Positions 6,620 through 15,573 of a stretch of DNA of 32,000 bases are shown piece after piece. This DNA is from Salegentibacter sp. Hel_I_6 (GTDB lineage Bacteria; Bacteroidota; Bacteroidia; Flavobacteriales; Flavobacteriaceae), in the NCBI RefSeq assembly GCF_000745315.1, contig NZ_JQNQ01000001.1, positions 3,135,127 to 3,167,126 of the forward strand, read 5' to 3'. The translations under genes were made by a program, and so were the position numbers. The first letter of the stretch is position 1. Each line of letters starts with the position of its first letter. The notes beneath the pieces were generated by a model. The model did no database searches and was not told the origin of the DNA. It saw only the letters and a program-made list of their open reading frames with translations.

Positions 6620-7198
6620 TTAGAATTTTAATTCTACGTCCAGTTCAAAATTATCGTAGATAGTTTTGTCTCCAAGGTTATCAAAGAAACTTCCAGAACC
6701 ATAACGTACATTGTACTTAGAGCGGTCTATAGTAAGTTCTGTAGAAGCTGAATTTTTACTCCAATCTAAATCAAAAGTTACTGAATGAGTGTCTTCTTTT
6801 ATAGTAAGATCTCCAACTACACCGAAAGTATTATCACTTTTCTTGGCTACGCTGGTTATTACCAGTTTAGAATTAGGATATTTTTGAACTCCAAAGAAAT
6901 CATCTGACTTTAAATGTCCTTCAAGCTTACCTTTGTCCTCTCCTTCTAAGTCGGTAACTGTGATAGAAGTCATATCTATTACGAACTCTCCTCCTTTTGG
7001 TTCATTATCTTCAACGATAAAATGTCCTTCTTTAAAATCGATCGTTCCATAATGAGATCCGGTTACTTTTTCACCTTCCCATTGTACTGAACTTTCTTTT
7101 ACATCAATTTTCTTTTCCTGTGCGTTTACGTTGGTAAAAGATAAAAGAGATACAATAACTGTAGATGCAAGGGCACCTCTAAATAGATTCTTTTTCAT
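6620..7198 (-). CDS. YceI-like polyisoprenoid-binding protein with signal peptide
   Basis: 192 aa. The N-terminus MKKNLFRGALASTVIVSLLSFTNVNAQ looks like a signal peptide. The rest is a YceI-type lipocalin-like domain. Confidence 0.85.
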   Translation of the reverse strand: MKKNLFRGALASTVIVSLLSFTNVNAQEKKIDVKESSVQWEGEKVTGSHYGTIDFKEGHFIVEDNEPKGGEFVIDMTSITVTDLEGEDKGKLEGHLKSDDFFGVQKYPNSKLVITSVAKKSDNTFGVVGDLTIKEDTHSVTFDLDWSKNSASTELTIDRSKYNVRYGSGSFFDNLGDKTIYDNFELDVELKF

Positions 7199-7232
7199 AA
7201 CAATTTTTGGTTTTAATTAATTTAGTTTTGAT

Positions 7233-7865
7233 TTATATTAAATGGAATAATTCCTCTTCTTGTTTTCTTACTTTTTTGGCGTGCTGTAATTGATCTTCGT
7301 CACTTCTATACCCAGCCGTGGCAATAACAGCGGTAGTTAAATTTGTTCCTGAAATCCCCAATATCTCATCAAACTTTTCAGCATCAAAACCTTCCATAGG
7401 GCAGGTATCCACCTTTAAATGAGCTGCAGCTGAAAGTAGATTTCCTAATGCGATATAGGTTTGCTTTTGTGCCCAGATCTTTTGTTGATCTTCAGACTTT
7501 CCTAAAATATTAGAAGTCAGCATATCTTTTAAACCACTCAGATCCTGAACCTGAATTTCTCGAATTTTACTGATATTCTCTAGATAAGCATCTATATAAG
7601 CTTCATTTAATTTCTTAAGTCCAACAAAAACAAATACGTGGGAAGCATCGGTAAGTTGCGACTGATCCCAGGCAGCAGCTTTAAGTTTTTCTTTGGTTTC
7701 TTTATCTGAAATTACAAATACCTCATAAGGTTGAAGCCCATAAGATGAAGCGGAAAGTTGGATACTTTTTTGCAATTTCTCTACGTCCTCTTTACTTAGA
7801 GATTTTGTAGTATCAAATTTTTTGGTCGCATAGCGCCAGTTTAAATTCTCTATATAATTCTCCAT
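7233..7865 (-). CDS. nitroreductase-family NAD(P)H oxidoreductase
   Basis: 210 aa. NWRYATKKFD and SSYGLQPYE are typical N-terminal motifs of the nitroreductase fold. The start lies 2 nt after the marR stop. Confidence 0.8.
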   Translation of the reverse strand: MENYIENLNWRYATKKFDTTKSLSKEDVEKLQKSIQLSASSYGLQPYEVFVISDKETKEKLKAAAWDQSQLTDASHVFVFVGLKKLNEAYIDAYLENISKIREIQVQDLSGLKDMLTSNILGKSEDQQKIWAQKQTYIALGNLLSAAAHLKVDTCPMEGFDAEKFDEILGISGTNLTTAVIATAGYRSDEDQLQHAKKVRKQEEELFHLI

Positions 7866-7867
7866 AC

Positions 7868-8317
7868 CTAGTTTCTTATTTTATTTAAACAATTAGTAAC
7901 AATTTCAATTTCTTCTTCGCTGATGTCCTGAATTAGCTCTTTTTCTACTGCATCTACTTGTGGATCGATTTCTTCTAGTAGATCCAGACCTTTATCAGTA
8001 ATACTTATTTCAACTTTACGCCGGTTGGCCTCACAAATAATTCTTTCAGTTAATCCCTTGGTTATAAGTTTATCTACCAGCCTGGTGGTGTTGCTCATCT
8101 TGCTCACCATACGTTCCTGGATAGTACTAAGATTTGCCGGTTTCCCTTTTTGTCCTCTTAAAATTCTAAGCACATTAAACTGTTGAATTGAAATATCGAA
8201 TGGTTTTAAAGCAGCTGCCACCTGTTCATCAATAAGATTTGCAGTAACCAAAATGCTAAGACTTAGCTTTCTGGCCGGCGGTAAATTATTTGTTTTTAAT
8301 TGATCTTCGATTTTCAT
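7868..8317 (-). CDS. MarR-family transcriptional regulator
   Basis: Winged-helix region LSIQQFNVLRILRGQ...LSTIQERMVSKMSNTTRLVDKLITKGL. The track start (8344) lies inside a 16-bp palindrome, so I prefer the ATG at 8317 (MKIEDQLK...). The start remains uncertain. Confidence 0.85.
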   Translation of the reverse strand: MKIEDQLKTNNLPPARKLSLSILVTANLIDEQVAAALKPFDISIQQFNVLRILRGQKGKPANLSTIQERMVSKMSNTTRLVDKLITKGLTERIICEANRRKVEISITDKGLDLLEEIDPQVDAVEKELIQDISEEEIEIVTNCLNKIRN

Positions 8318-8330
8318 TTGTCTAAACAAC

Positions 8331-8349
8331 ATTTGTATATACAAATATA
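8331..8349 (-). promoter_or_regulatory. candidate marR operator overlapping a -7 promoter box
   Basis: Perfect 16-bp palindrome ATTTGTATATACAAAT at 8331-8346. The minus strand reads TAtaTTTG at 8349-8342, matching TAnnTTTG. Confidence 0.45.
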
Positions 8350-8514
8350 AGCCGGATTTACAATTTAGATCAAAATGAAATGTTAAATTTTTCCAGTAGG
8401 AATCGAAGGCAATTGGAAGCTCTGTTTTTTAAAACTTTCAATATCTTTACACTGAAAAATATATTAGGAATCACAGATCACCTTCATTAAGGGGATTATT
8501 TAAAAATAAAATTT

Positions 8515-8829
8515 ATGAAAGAACTTAATCAGGATGAATGGCAATCACAGCTGGAAAAAGATGAAAATGCAGTGATTTTAGACGTAAGAACCGAAGAAGA
8601 AGTAGAGGAAGGGTATATTCCTAAAGCTAAAAACCTTGATATTTATAAAGGTCAGGAATTTGTAAATGAAGTAGAAAAGCTGGATAAGGATAAAAATTAT
8701 TATATCTATTGCCGCTCCGGAAAGCGCAGTGCACAGGCCTGTACTATTTTAGACCAGATGGGATTTGCCAACACCTATAACCTTGAAGGAGGTTTTATGG
8801 AGTGGGATGGTGAGAAAACTGAGGATTAA
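8515..8829 (+). CDS. rhodanese-like domain protein
   Basis: 104 aa single rhodanese domain with active-site loop CRSGKRS. Confidence 0.85.
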   Translation: MKELNQDEWQSQLEKDENAVILDVRTEEEVEEGYIPKAKNLDIYKGQEFVNEVEKLDKDKNYYIYCRSGKRSAQACTILDQMGFANTYNLEGGFMEWDGEKTED

Positions 8830-8833
8830 ATAA

Positions 8834-8868
8834 AAAGAAAGCAGTAAATAATTTTTACTGCTTTCTTT
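8834..8868. terminator. bidirectional intrinsic terminator between convergent genes
   Basis: aaagaaagcagtaaa-taatt-tttactgctttcttt is a long perfect stem with A/T runs on both sides. It lies between the stop at 8829 (+) and the stop at 8873 (-). Confidence 0.75.
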
Positions 8869-8872
8869 TTAT

Positions 8873-10090
8873 TTAATTGGATCTATCTATTAATAACCAA
8901 CGCGTTCCTATACTAATTATAGTGAGAATTTCTTTGGCGGCGATATTAGTGATGGTCGTATTATTTTGAAGGTCAAATAAGGTATCACCATTTTGAAAAT
9001 TTAGGGAAGTGCTGCCGCTTCCCTGCCAGCCAATTAAAATTAATTCCCTGCCTCTAAAAGAAGCAGCGGGAGGGATTGTAATCGAGGAAGGGCTATTAGT
9101 TATTCTTAAATAATAAACTTCAGGACCAATGGTATAATTGCCAGAACTGCCTGTACTAACATAATTTCTGGTGTGATTGTGTTTCCAATCAACTTTTCCT
9201 GAATTATCTGAAACTAAAATTTGGTTCTCTTCTCCCCGGGAATCAGGTAAAGTATATTCTACTGCCGGGGTTTTTCCTATTCCTACAGGGCCGGCAAAAT
9301 ATCCGGCAAAAACTCTGGAGCTGGAGTTTCCTTCAGCTTTAGCATAAATTGCATAGATATTCCCTCTACCGGTGGGAGTTCCAATTTCAGTTAGAATACC
9401 ATAATTATTACTATTAGCTCCTTCAGTTCTACCCACCTTATTATAAATTCCAAATATATCTTTGCTACCAGTGGTTTTATTGGTAACATTATGAATCCCG
9501 TAGCGTTCGCCTTCACCCTCACTGGAAACATTTAATTTTAATCCATATTTGATCGCATTTGTTTTGCTGCGATTCCTTATTTCAATGCCATAGGTATTTC
9601 TTGTTTCTGCGGAATTATTATTATCTATTTCCAGACCTTTTTTGATATCCTGAGCATCATCAGAAGTTATTGCAATTTGTAATTTACTCTGAATTTCTTC
9701 AGTACCAATTCCGATATTTCCTTTTCTGAATAAATTATCATCGATATTCCCCGGGCTCTGAGTAGTATTCGGCTTATAAAAATTAACTGCTTTAGCATCG
9801 GAAACTATAGACTTCCATTCACTTTCCTGCTGATGCCAATAGTAAAAGCCGGTAGGCGAATTATTAAAGGTTTGACTGAGAAAAACAAGCATTCCATGTT
9901 GTTCTACTCCTGGGTTTTGGGAAGGAAATTTTTTAATCCTTGGTATTAAAATTCCGTCTATTTTAGAAGGATTATCGGTATCGGTGGCGATTACATCTAA
10001 TTGCGCACCGGGCTCTGTGGTGCCAATACCAACTTGAGAAAATACTGGAATTGCAAAAAACAAAAAATAAGAAAATATAAATCTTTTCAT
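8873..10090 (-). CDS. secreted hypothetical protein with three GIG(T/K) motifs
   Basis: 405 aa. Signal-like N-terminus MKRFIFSYFLFFAIPVFSQ. Motifs VGIGTTEPGAQLDV, IGIGTEEIQSKLQI and VGIGKTPAVEYTL. No enzyme motif recognised. Confidence 0.7.
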   Translation of the reverse strand: MKRFIFSYFLFFAIPVFSQVGIGTTEPGAQLDVIATDTDNPSKIDGILIPRIKKFPSQNPGVEQHGMLVFLSQTFNNSPTGFYYWHQQESEWKSIVSDAKAVNFYKPNTTQSPGNIDDNLFRKGNIGIGTEEIQSKLQIAITSDDAQDIKKGLEIDNNNSAETRNTYGIEIRNRSKTNAIKYGLKLNVSSEGEGERYGIHNVTNKTTGSKDIFGIYNKVGRTEGANSNNYGILTEIGTPTGRGNIYAIYAKAEGNSSSRVFAGYFAGPVGIGKTPAVEYTLPDSRGEENQILVSDNSGKVDWKHNHTRNYVSTGSSGNYTIGPEVYYLRITNSPSSITIPPAASFRGRELILIGWQGSGSTSLNFQNGDTLFDLQNNTTITNIAAKEILTIISIGTRWLLIDRSN

Positions 10091-10207
10091 CTTACTAAAA
10101 ATACCGGTTAATGAAGGAGGTGTTTTTTAGTTAGGCGTGCTTTGGATTTTTAAATATACTTTTTGAAATAACTTATTCCGAAATTTTACAATATTTAAGG
10201 GAAATCC

Positions 10208-12217
10208 CTAGGCTTGTGCTTCTTTTACTTTATTTTGAAGCATTTTTATTTCATCGCGATGTTTTGCTGCAGCCATAAAGTCGAGATCTTTTGCAGCCTT
10301 TTCCATGGCCTTTCTTTTCTCGCGGATTCGCTTTTCCAAATCGGGTTTGCTCATATAAGCCACTTCAGCTTCCGCAGCTTTGGTAGTTAGTGGTTTTTCG
10401 GCATCATACACATCTAGTTTTTCCTTGATCAAAGTGCTGTTCTCAAGTTTCTTCACCAGTGGGGTAGGACGAAGGTTATTTTCCTTATTATAATCTATCT
10501 GCTTATTTCTTCGGTATTCGGTTTGATCAATAGTTTTTTGCATACTATCGGTAATCTTATCAGCATACAAAATTGCCTTTCCTTCTACGTGACGGGCTGC
10601 CCGACCAATAGTTTGAGTAAGTGACCGATTACTTCTTAGAAAACCTTCCTTATCGGCATCTATTACTGCGACTAAAGAAACCTCGGGAAGATCTAAACCT
10701 TCTCTCAACAAGTTTACTCCAATTAAAACATCAAACAATCCACGGCGTAAATCCTGCATAATTTCTACTCGTTCCAGGGTGTCTACATCCGAATGGATAT
10801 AGCGACATCTAATATCAATTCTCGTAAGGTACTTCGCCAGTTCTTCAGCCATTCTTTTAGTAAGCGTAGTGACTAGCGTTCTTTGATCTTTTTCGATTCG
10901 TGTATGAATTTCTTCAATAAGATCATCTATTTGATTTAAACTTGGTCGCACCTCAATAACCGGATCCAGAAGTCCGGTAGGCCTAATCACCTGCTCTACA
11001 TAAACTCCTTCAGATTTTTGTAATTCGTAATCTGCAGGAGTGGCACTTACATAAATCACCTGGTTTTGTAGCGCTTCAAATTCTTCAAATTTTAATGGGC
11101 GGTTATCCATCGCAGCTGGAAGTCTAAATCCATATTCTACCAAAGTTTCCTTTCTGGATCTATCTCCCCCATACATCGCATGAACTTGTGGAATAGTCAC
11201 GTGGCTTTCGTCCACAACCATTAAAAAATCATCGGGAAAATAATCTAAAAGACAGAAAGGTCGGGTGCCGGGTTGTCTTCCATCCAGGTAACGAGAATAA
11301 TTCTCAATTCCTGAACAATAACCAAGTTCGCGAATCATTTCCAGGTCGAAATTGGTTCTTTCATCCAGTCGTTTTGCTTCCAGATGTTTCCCGATATCTC
11401 TAAAGTAATCTACCTGTTTTTCGAGATCGTCCTGGATATGATGAATTGCATTTTGCATTACATCGGGTGAGGTTACGAACATATTGGCAGGATAAATATT
11501 CAGCTTCTCATATTTTTCAATAATGTCATTTGTCCCGGGATTAAAAGCTTCAATTTCTTCAATTTCATCGCCAAAAAAATGTACCCTAAAAGCATTATCG
11601 GCATAACTCGGGAATACATCTACCGTATCTCCTTTTATTCTGAAATTTCCGTGAGTGAACTCTGCTTCAGTTCGGGAATACAAACTTTGCACCAGTTGAT
11701 GTAGAAATTTTGTTCGCGAAATTTGCATATCGCGTTCAATAGAAACTACATTTTTACGGAATTCCACCGGGTTACCAATACCATACAAACAGGAAACGGA
11801 GGCAACTACTATTACATCTCTTCTTCCGCTTAAGAGTGAGGAAGTAGTGCTGAGTCGTAATTTTTCAATTTCTTCGTTAATCGAAAGATCCTTTTCAATA
11901 TAAGTTCCCGAAGTAGGAATAAAAGCTTCCGGCTGATAATAATCGTAATAACTTACAAAATATTCCACAGCATTATTGGGAAAGAATTGCTTGAATTCTG
12001 AATAAAGCTGGGCAGCGAGTGTTTTATTATGAGCCAAAACCAGGGTAGGTTTTTGGACTTCCTGAATAACATTGGCTACGGAAAAAGTTTTACCAGATCC
12101 TGTTACTCCAAGCAGGGTTTGATATTGGTCGTTATTGTTAATTCCACTAACCAACTGATCTATCGCCTTCGGCTGGTCTCCTGTGGGTTTGTAGTCTGAT
12201 TCTATCTTAAACTTCAT
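10208..12217 (-). CDS. uvrB: excinuclease ABC subunit B
   Basis: 669 aa. Walker A GVTGSGKT, DESH box, helicase C motifs and a C-terminal UVR-type helix (FMAAAKHRDEIKMLQ). Confidence 0.97.
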   Translation of the reverse strand: MKFKIESDYKPTGDQPKAIDQLVSGINNNDQYQTLLGVTGSGKTFSVANVIQEVQKPTLVLAHNKTLAAQLYSEFKQFFPNNAVEYFVSYYDYYQPEAFIPTSGTYIEKDLSINEEIEKLRLSTTSSLLSGRRDVIVVASVSCLYGIGNPVEFRKNVVSIERDMQISRTKFLHQLVQSLYSRTEAEFTHGNFRIKGDTVDVFPSYADNAFRVHFFGDEIEEIEAFNPGTNDIIEKYEKLNIYPANMFVTSPDVMQNAIHHIQDDLEKQVDYFRDIGKHLEAKRLDERTNFDLEMIRELGYCSGIENYSRYLDGRQPGTRPFCLLDYFPDDFLMVVDESHVTIPQVHAMYGGDRSRKETLVEYGFRLPAAMDNRPLKFEEFEALQNQVIYVSATPADYELQKSEGVYVEQVIRPTGLLDPVIEVRPSLNQIDDLIEEIHTRIEKDQRTLVTTLTKRMAEELAKYLTRIDIRCRYIHSDVDTLERVEIMQDLRRGLFDVLIGVNLLREGLDLPEVSLVAVIDADKEGFLRSNRSLTQTIGRAARHVEGKAILYADKITDSMQKTIDQTEYRRNKQIDYNKENNLRPTPLVKKLENSTLIKEKLDVYDAEKPLTTKAAEAEVAYMSKPDLEKRIREKRKAMEKAAKDLDFMAAAKHRDEIKMLQNKVKEAQA

Positions 12218-12443
12218 TCGTGCTGCTCGATAATCGAGATTTAAATGCTTCGAGGCCTGGCTCGAAATTCAAAAATTTTTCCATTTATTGCCTTCTGGGC
12301 TTGCCGCAAGGTATTTTACTGGCTTATTCACACGAAACTAATCAATAATCCTGCCTATTCAAACTGATAAACTTTTCCTTAACGTTTTTAGACCGGAAGC
12401 TTTAGCATGAAAAATCAATTTGCTAAAATGTCAGTTTTCTAAA

Positions 12444-13280
12444 TTATAGATCACGTTTTTTAAGCAGGCTGTAAGAAAGAAAAACGAAAATGGCAGTCCA
12501 CACTATAACAATTAATAATTGATCCCAATGTATGCCATAATCTTTATCAATTTCAGAACCTATTTGGGTGGCTGCGGTTTGCACTGCAGAGAGACGTGAA
12601 AAAGGTTCTTTAATAAGATTGCTCATAGATTCCAGTGGAAAAAATCTGGCAATTTGATCGGCGATTTCAGAATCCCTGAAAATCTTCCATTTTAAAACCC
12701 CGTAAATAATACTTTCTAAAATCCACCAGATAAACAAAAAACCAAGTGCAAAGGCTGAACGTTTTATAAGAATTCCAAGAAACATACAAAAGGCGAAGAA
12801 TCCTGTAAGTTTCACGAAGTAGGCAATCATATATTCCATATCTGAAAAGATGATAGAAACTTCAGTAAAGTCTGAAAAAGAAAGCCCCAGGATCATAGAA
12901 ACTATAAATAGAAAAAGGGTTGAAAAGAGCGAAAATACTGTTACCGTCAAAAATTTTGAAGCGATAAATTCCTTTTTACTCAAACCATCAATCAAATTTT
13001 GCTTTAGAGTACGGTTACTGTATTCGTTAGACATCATCGAGACGATTACAATAGCGAGGAATAGTTTTAATAACGCCGCGATATAAGAATTAAAATGCCA
13101 GATATAAGGAAAATTAAAAATTCCCTGGTCTGCTACCCTAAAGTTAATTGCGCCTAAATTGAACTCTATAGAAGCAATTAAAGCAATAAAAGTTATTAAA
13201 ATAAAATAAGTGAAAACCAGTATTTTTGCCGAGTGGCTATAGCGTAATTTATGATATTCTATTTCTAAAAGTCGTAGCAT
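12444..13280 (-). CDS. ABC-2 type transporter permease
   Basis: 278 aa with about six hydrophobic spans. Its start overlaps the stop of the upstream ATPase gene (TAATG). Confidence 0.75.
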   Translation of the reverse strand: MLRLLEIEYHKLRYSHSAKILVFTYFILITFIALIASIEFNLGAINFRVADQGIFNFPYIWHFNSYIAALLKLFLAIVIVSMMSNEYSNRTLKQNLIDGLSKKEFIASKFLTVTVFSLFSTLFLFIVSMILGLSFSDFTEVSIIFSDMEYMIAYFVKLTGFFAFCMFLGILIKRSAFALGFLFIWWILESIIYGVLKWKIFRDSEIADQIARFFPLESMSNLIKEPFSRLSAVQTAATQIGSEIDKDYGIHWDQLLIVIVWTAIFVFLSYSLLKKRDL

Positions 13281-14185
13281 TATGCGGTAGGAGTTTGATT
13301 GGTTAATGTAAGGAACTGTTCTTCCAGGCTTTCTTTACGTTTTACCAGGTAAGAAAGTGAAAGTCCTTTTTCAAACAAATATTCATTGATAGTTTCAGCA
13401 TCCATAGGTTCTTTGAGAATTGCTGTCACAATATTTTCCTTTTCAGAAACATTTTCTATTCCTGGATGTGCGATAAGTAATTCCTGCAATAATTGCATGT
13501 TCTTTGCCTGGAGTTCAAAGAAACCGTGGCTGGCATTAATAGCATCTACCGGGCCGCTGTAAAGTTTTTTTCCATTTCTTATAATAACCACATGCGAACA
13601 AACTTTCTCAACTTCATCCAGTAAATGCGAAGCGAGTAAAATGGTAGTTCCACCGGCGGCGATTTTCCTTATAATCTCTCTTATTTGATGAATCCCCTGA
13701 GGATCAAGTCCGTTAGTTGGCTCATCTAAAATAAGAATTTCCGGATCGTTAAGTAGGGCAGAAGCTATGGCAAGTCGTTGCTTCATCCCAAGAGAAAAAG
13801 TTCTAAACTTACTGTCTTTTCTATCCAGTAAATTAACGATTTCAAGTTTTTCTTCAATTTTATTTTTGGGAACATCTTTAATCTTACAAACCAAAGCCAG
13901 GTTTTGTGCTGCGGTCATATAAGGGTAAAAATTAGGATGCTCAATTATGGCCCCTACTTTTTTTAAAGCTTCGTGCGTTTCAGTTTTCCCGCCAAACCAG
14001 GCAAATTCACCAGCGGTTTTATTAACTACGTTCAAAACCATTCCCAGGGTGGTAGATTTTCCGCTACCATTAGGACCTAAAATCCCATATACATTGCCTT
14101 TTTTTATGGTGAAAGATAAATTATCTACCGCGGTTATTGCGCCATATTTTTTTGTAAGGTCTTTAAGACTTAGAATTGTTTCCAA
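13280..14185 (-). CDS. ABC transporter ATP-binding protein
   Basis: Walker A GPNGSGKST, signature FSLGMKQRL, Walker B ILILDEP. Confidence 0.92.
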   Translation of the reverse strand: METILSLKDLTKKYGAITAVDNLSFTIKKGNVYGILGPNGSGKSTTLGMVLNVVNKTAGEFAWFGGKTETHEALKKVGAIIEHPNFYPYMTAAQNLALVCKIKDVPKNKIEEKLEIVNLLDRKDSKFRTFSLGMKQRLAIASALLNDPEILILDEPTNGLDPQGIHQIREIIRKIAAGGTTILLASHLLDEVEKVCSHVVIIRNGKKLYSGPVDAINASHGFFELQAKNMQLLQELLIAHPGIENVSEKENIVTAILKEPMDAETINEYLFEKGLSLSYLVKRKESLEEQFLTLTNQTPTA

Positions 14186-14279
14186 AATTGAAGAAAAGTT
14201 TAAAGTAAGACGACGAAGTTAGGTAATTGTTACAGATTTCGCTCTAGAAAGCTTATTTTTGGTAAAAAGCATACCTAAT

Positions 14280-15350
14280 ATGGAAGAAAAGCTGATGTCT
14301 AAGAAGAAACCTTCATTTGCTGTAAATGAAAGGTTAAATCGATATCTGGCCAAACATAACCGAAACACCAAAATTCCTGTTTTTTACGATGATTTATTGC
14401 GTTTTTCCGGTTCAGTGGTGGTCTACGATCAGCACGAAGAAGATACATTTTGGGTACGCTGCTATTATCCAGATTTTGAACGTGAAGAAATAGATAACAG
14501 CTTAAAACAGGTGTATACCATCATGCATTCTGATGGAAGTGATGATTCACTGGAATTTCTTACCGTAGATGCTATAGACTATTGTACGTTCGGAAATTCA
14601 AAACCTTTCCGCATAAAAGTGCGAAATATTCTGAATGATAGTTTTACTTATTTCTATGTAAAAAAAGCCGATGCTTCCCGAATCTACGGACTCGAATTTG
14701 AACATTTGCTTTCCCCACACCGAATTAACTTCCTGGTTTATAAAGACACTTTAATTGAAGAACATATTGCCGGTATTCCCGGAGATGTCTTTATTGAAGA
14801 TCATTTACCACTTTGTGATAATAGGGCGCAAACCCAAATAGCAAAGCAGTTTGTGAAATTTAATGAGCGTTGTACAGTAAGACTGCTTGGCGATATGCGA
14901 TCTTATAACTATGTGGTGATTCCCACCCACGATTTTGATCATGTAGAGTATCAAATTAGAGCTATTGATTTTGATCAACAATGCTTTGAAGGAAATCTAA
15001 AAGTTTACAGGCCCCAGTTTTTTAAGGAGAATTTAAAAATGGTACAACTGGTTCAGGAGAAATTACAGGAATCTTCTATAGAACAATATAGAAAAGAAGA
15101 GCGTTCGCTGCTTGCCAAAAGAATTATTAATACCAGGCCCCGCTATAAAGAATTATTGCGATGTATGATCAATGATCATGTCTCCACACAGGAGAATGTG
15201 AAAATCTTAAGAAAGGATCTTTATCGGTATACTAATGACATGAAATTTAAGCGCGCCAGCACTATGGGCCAAATTTTAAGGACTGCGTTAGATTTTGTAC
15301 GTCGTAATTATGAAGATGTTAATATGAAACGTTTGCTGGAAAGTTCATAA
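14280..15350 (+). CDS. conserved hypothetical protein, possibly protein-kinase-like fold
   Basis: The ORF track starts at TTG 14259. The first ATG is 14280 (MEEKLMSKKK...). LGDMRSYNYVV (D-x4-N) and IRAIDFDQ resemble the kinase catalytic loop and metal-binding motif, and YFYVKKA could supply the beta-3 Lys. This is pattern recognition only. Confidence 0.65.
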   Translation: MEEKLMSKKKPSFAVNERLNRYLAKHNRNTKIPVFYDDLLRFSGSVVVYDQHEEDTFWVRCYYPDFEREEIDNSLKQVYTIMHSDGSDDSLEFLTVDAIDYCTFGNSKPFRIKVRNILNDSFTYFYVKKADASRIYGLEFEHLLSPHRINFLVYKDTLIEEHIAGIPGDVFIEDHLPLCDNRAQTQIAKQFVKFNERCTVRLLGDMRSYNYVVIPTHDFDHVEYQIRAIDFDQQCFEGNLKVYRPQFFKENLKMVQLVQEKLQESSIEQYRKEERSLLAKRIINTRPRYKELLRCMINDHVSTQENVKILRKDLYRYTNDMKFKRASTMGQILRTALDFVRRNYEDVNMKRLLESS

Positions 15351-15386
15351 AAGAAAAATAGGTTATGTGAAAACTTTTCTTAAAAT

Positions 15387-15465
15387 CGTCATCCTGAATT
15401 TATTTCAGGATCTAAAATGTCGATAATCAGAACAGGTTAGAAACTGAAACAAGTTCAGCTTGACG
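15387..15465. repeat. two hairpin elements (15387-15412 plus-oriented GTCAT type; 15444-15465 minus-oriented)
   Basis: cgtcatcctgaatttatttcaggatc is the exact reverse complement of 16816-16841. ctgaaacaagttcagcttgacg has a ctgaa/ttcag stem. Confidence 0.8.
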
Positions 15466-15515
15466 AAACTATACTTTTAATACAACTTTTTTAATGTAAA
15501 AACAGTTGAAAAAAA

Positions 15516-15552
15516 GCCACGAATTCACTAATATTATTTGTGTATTCTTGGC
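15516..15552. repeat. empty 37-nt palindrome of the GCCACGAAT repeat family
   Basis: gccacgaattcactaat-att-atttgtgtattcttggc. The reverse complement of the right arm (gccaagaatacacaaat) is 16/17 identical to the left arm of the GxxExxY cassette at 20027-20043. Confidence 0.75.
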
Positions 15553-15573
15553 TATTATCTTTTGAAGATATTA

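Noticed and set aside
8873-10090. Prophage tail-fibre gene or prophage remnant
   Set aside because: The only hint is a loose motif resemblance. There are no neighbouring phage structural, integrase or lysis genes, and the gene is flanked by housekeeping genes.
12218-12443. SOS (LexA) box or ncRNA upstream of uvrB
   Set aside because: I see hairpins and a degenerate cacgaaactaat segment, but I cannot match them to a LexA consensus for this phylum from memory, and there is no convincing conserved structure.
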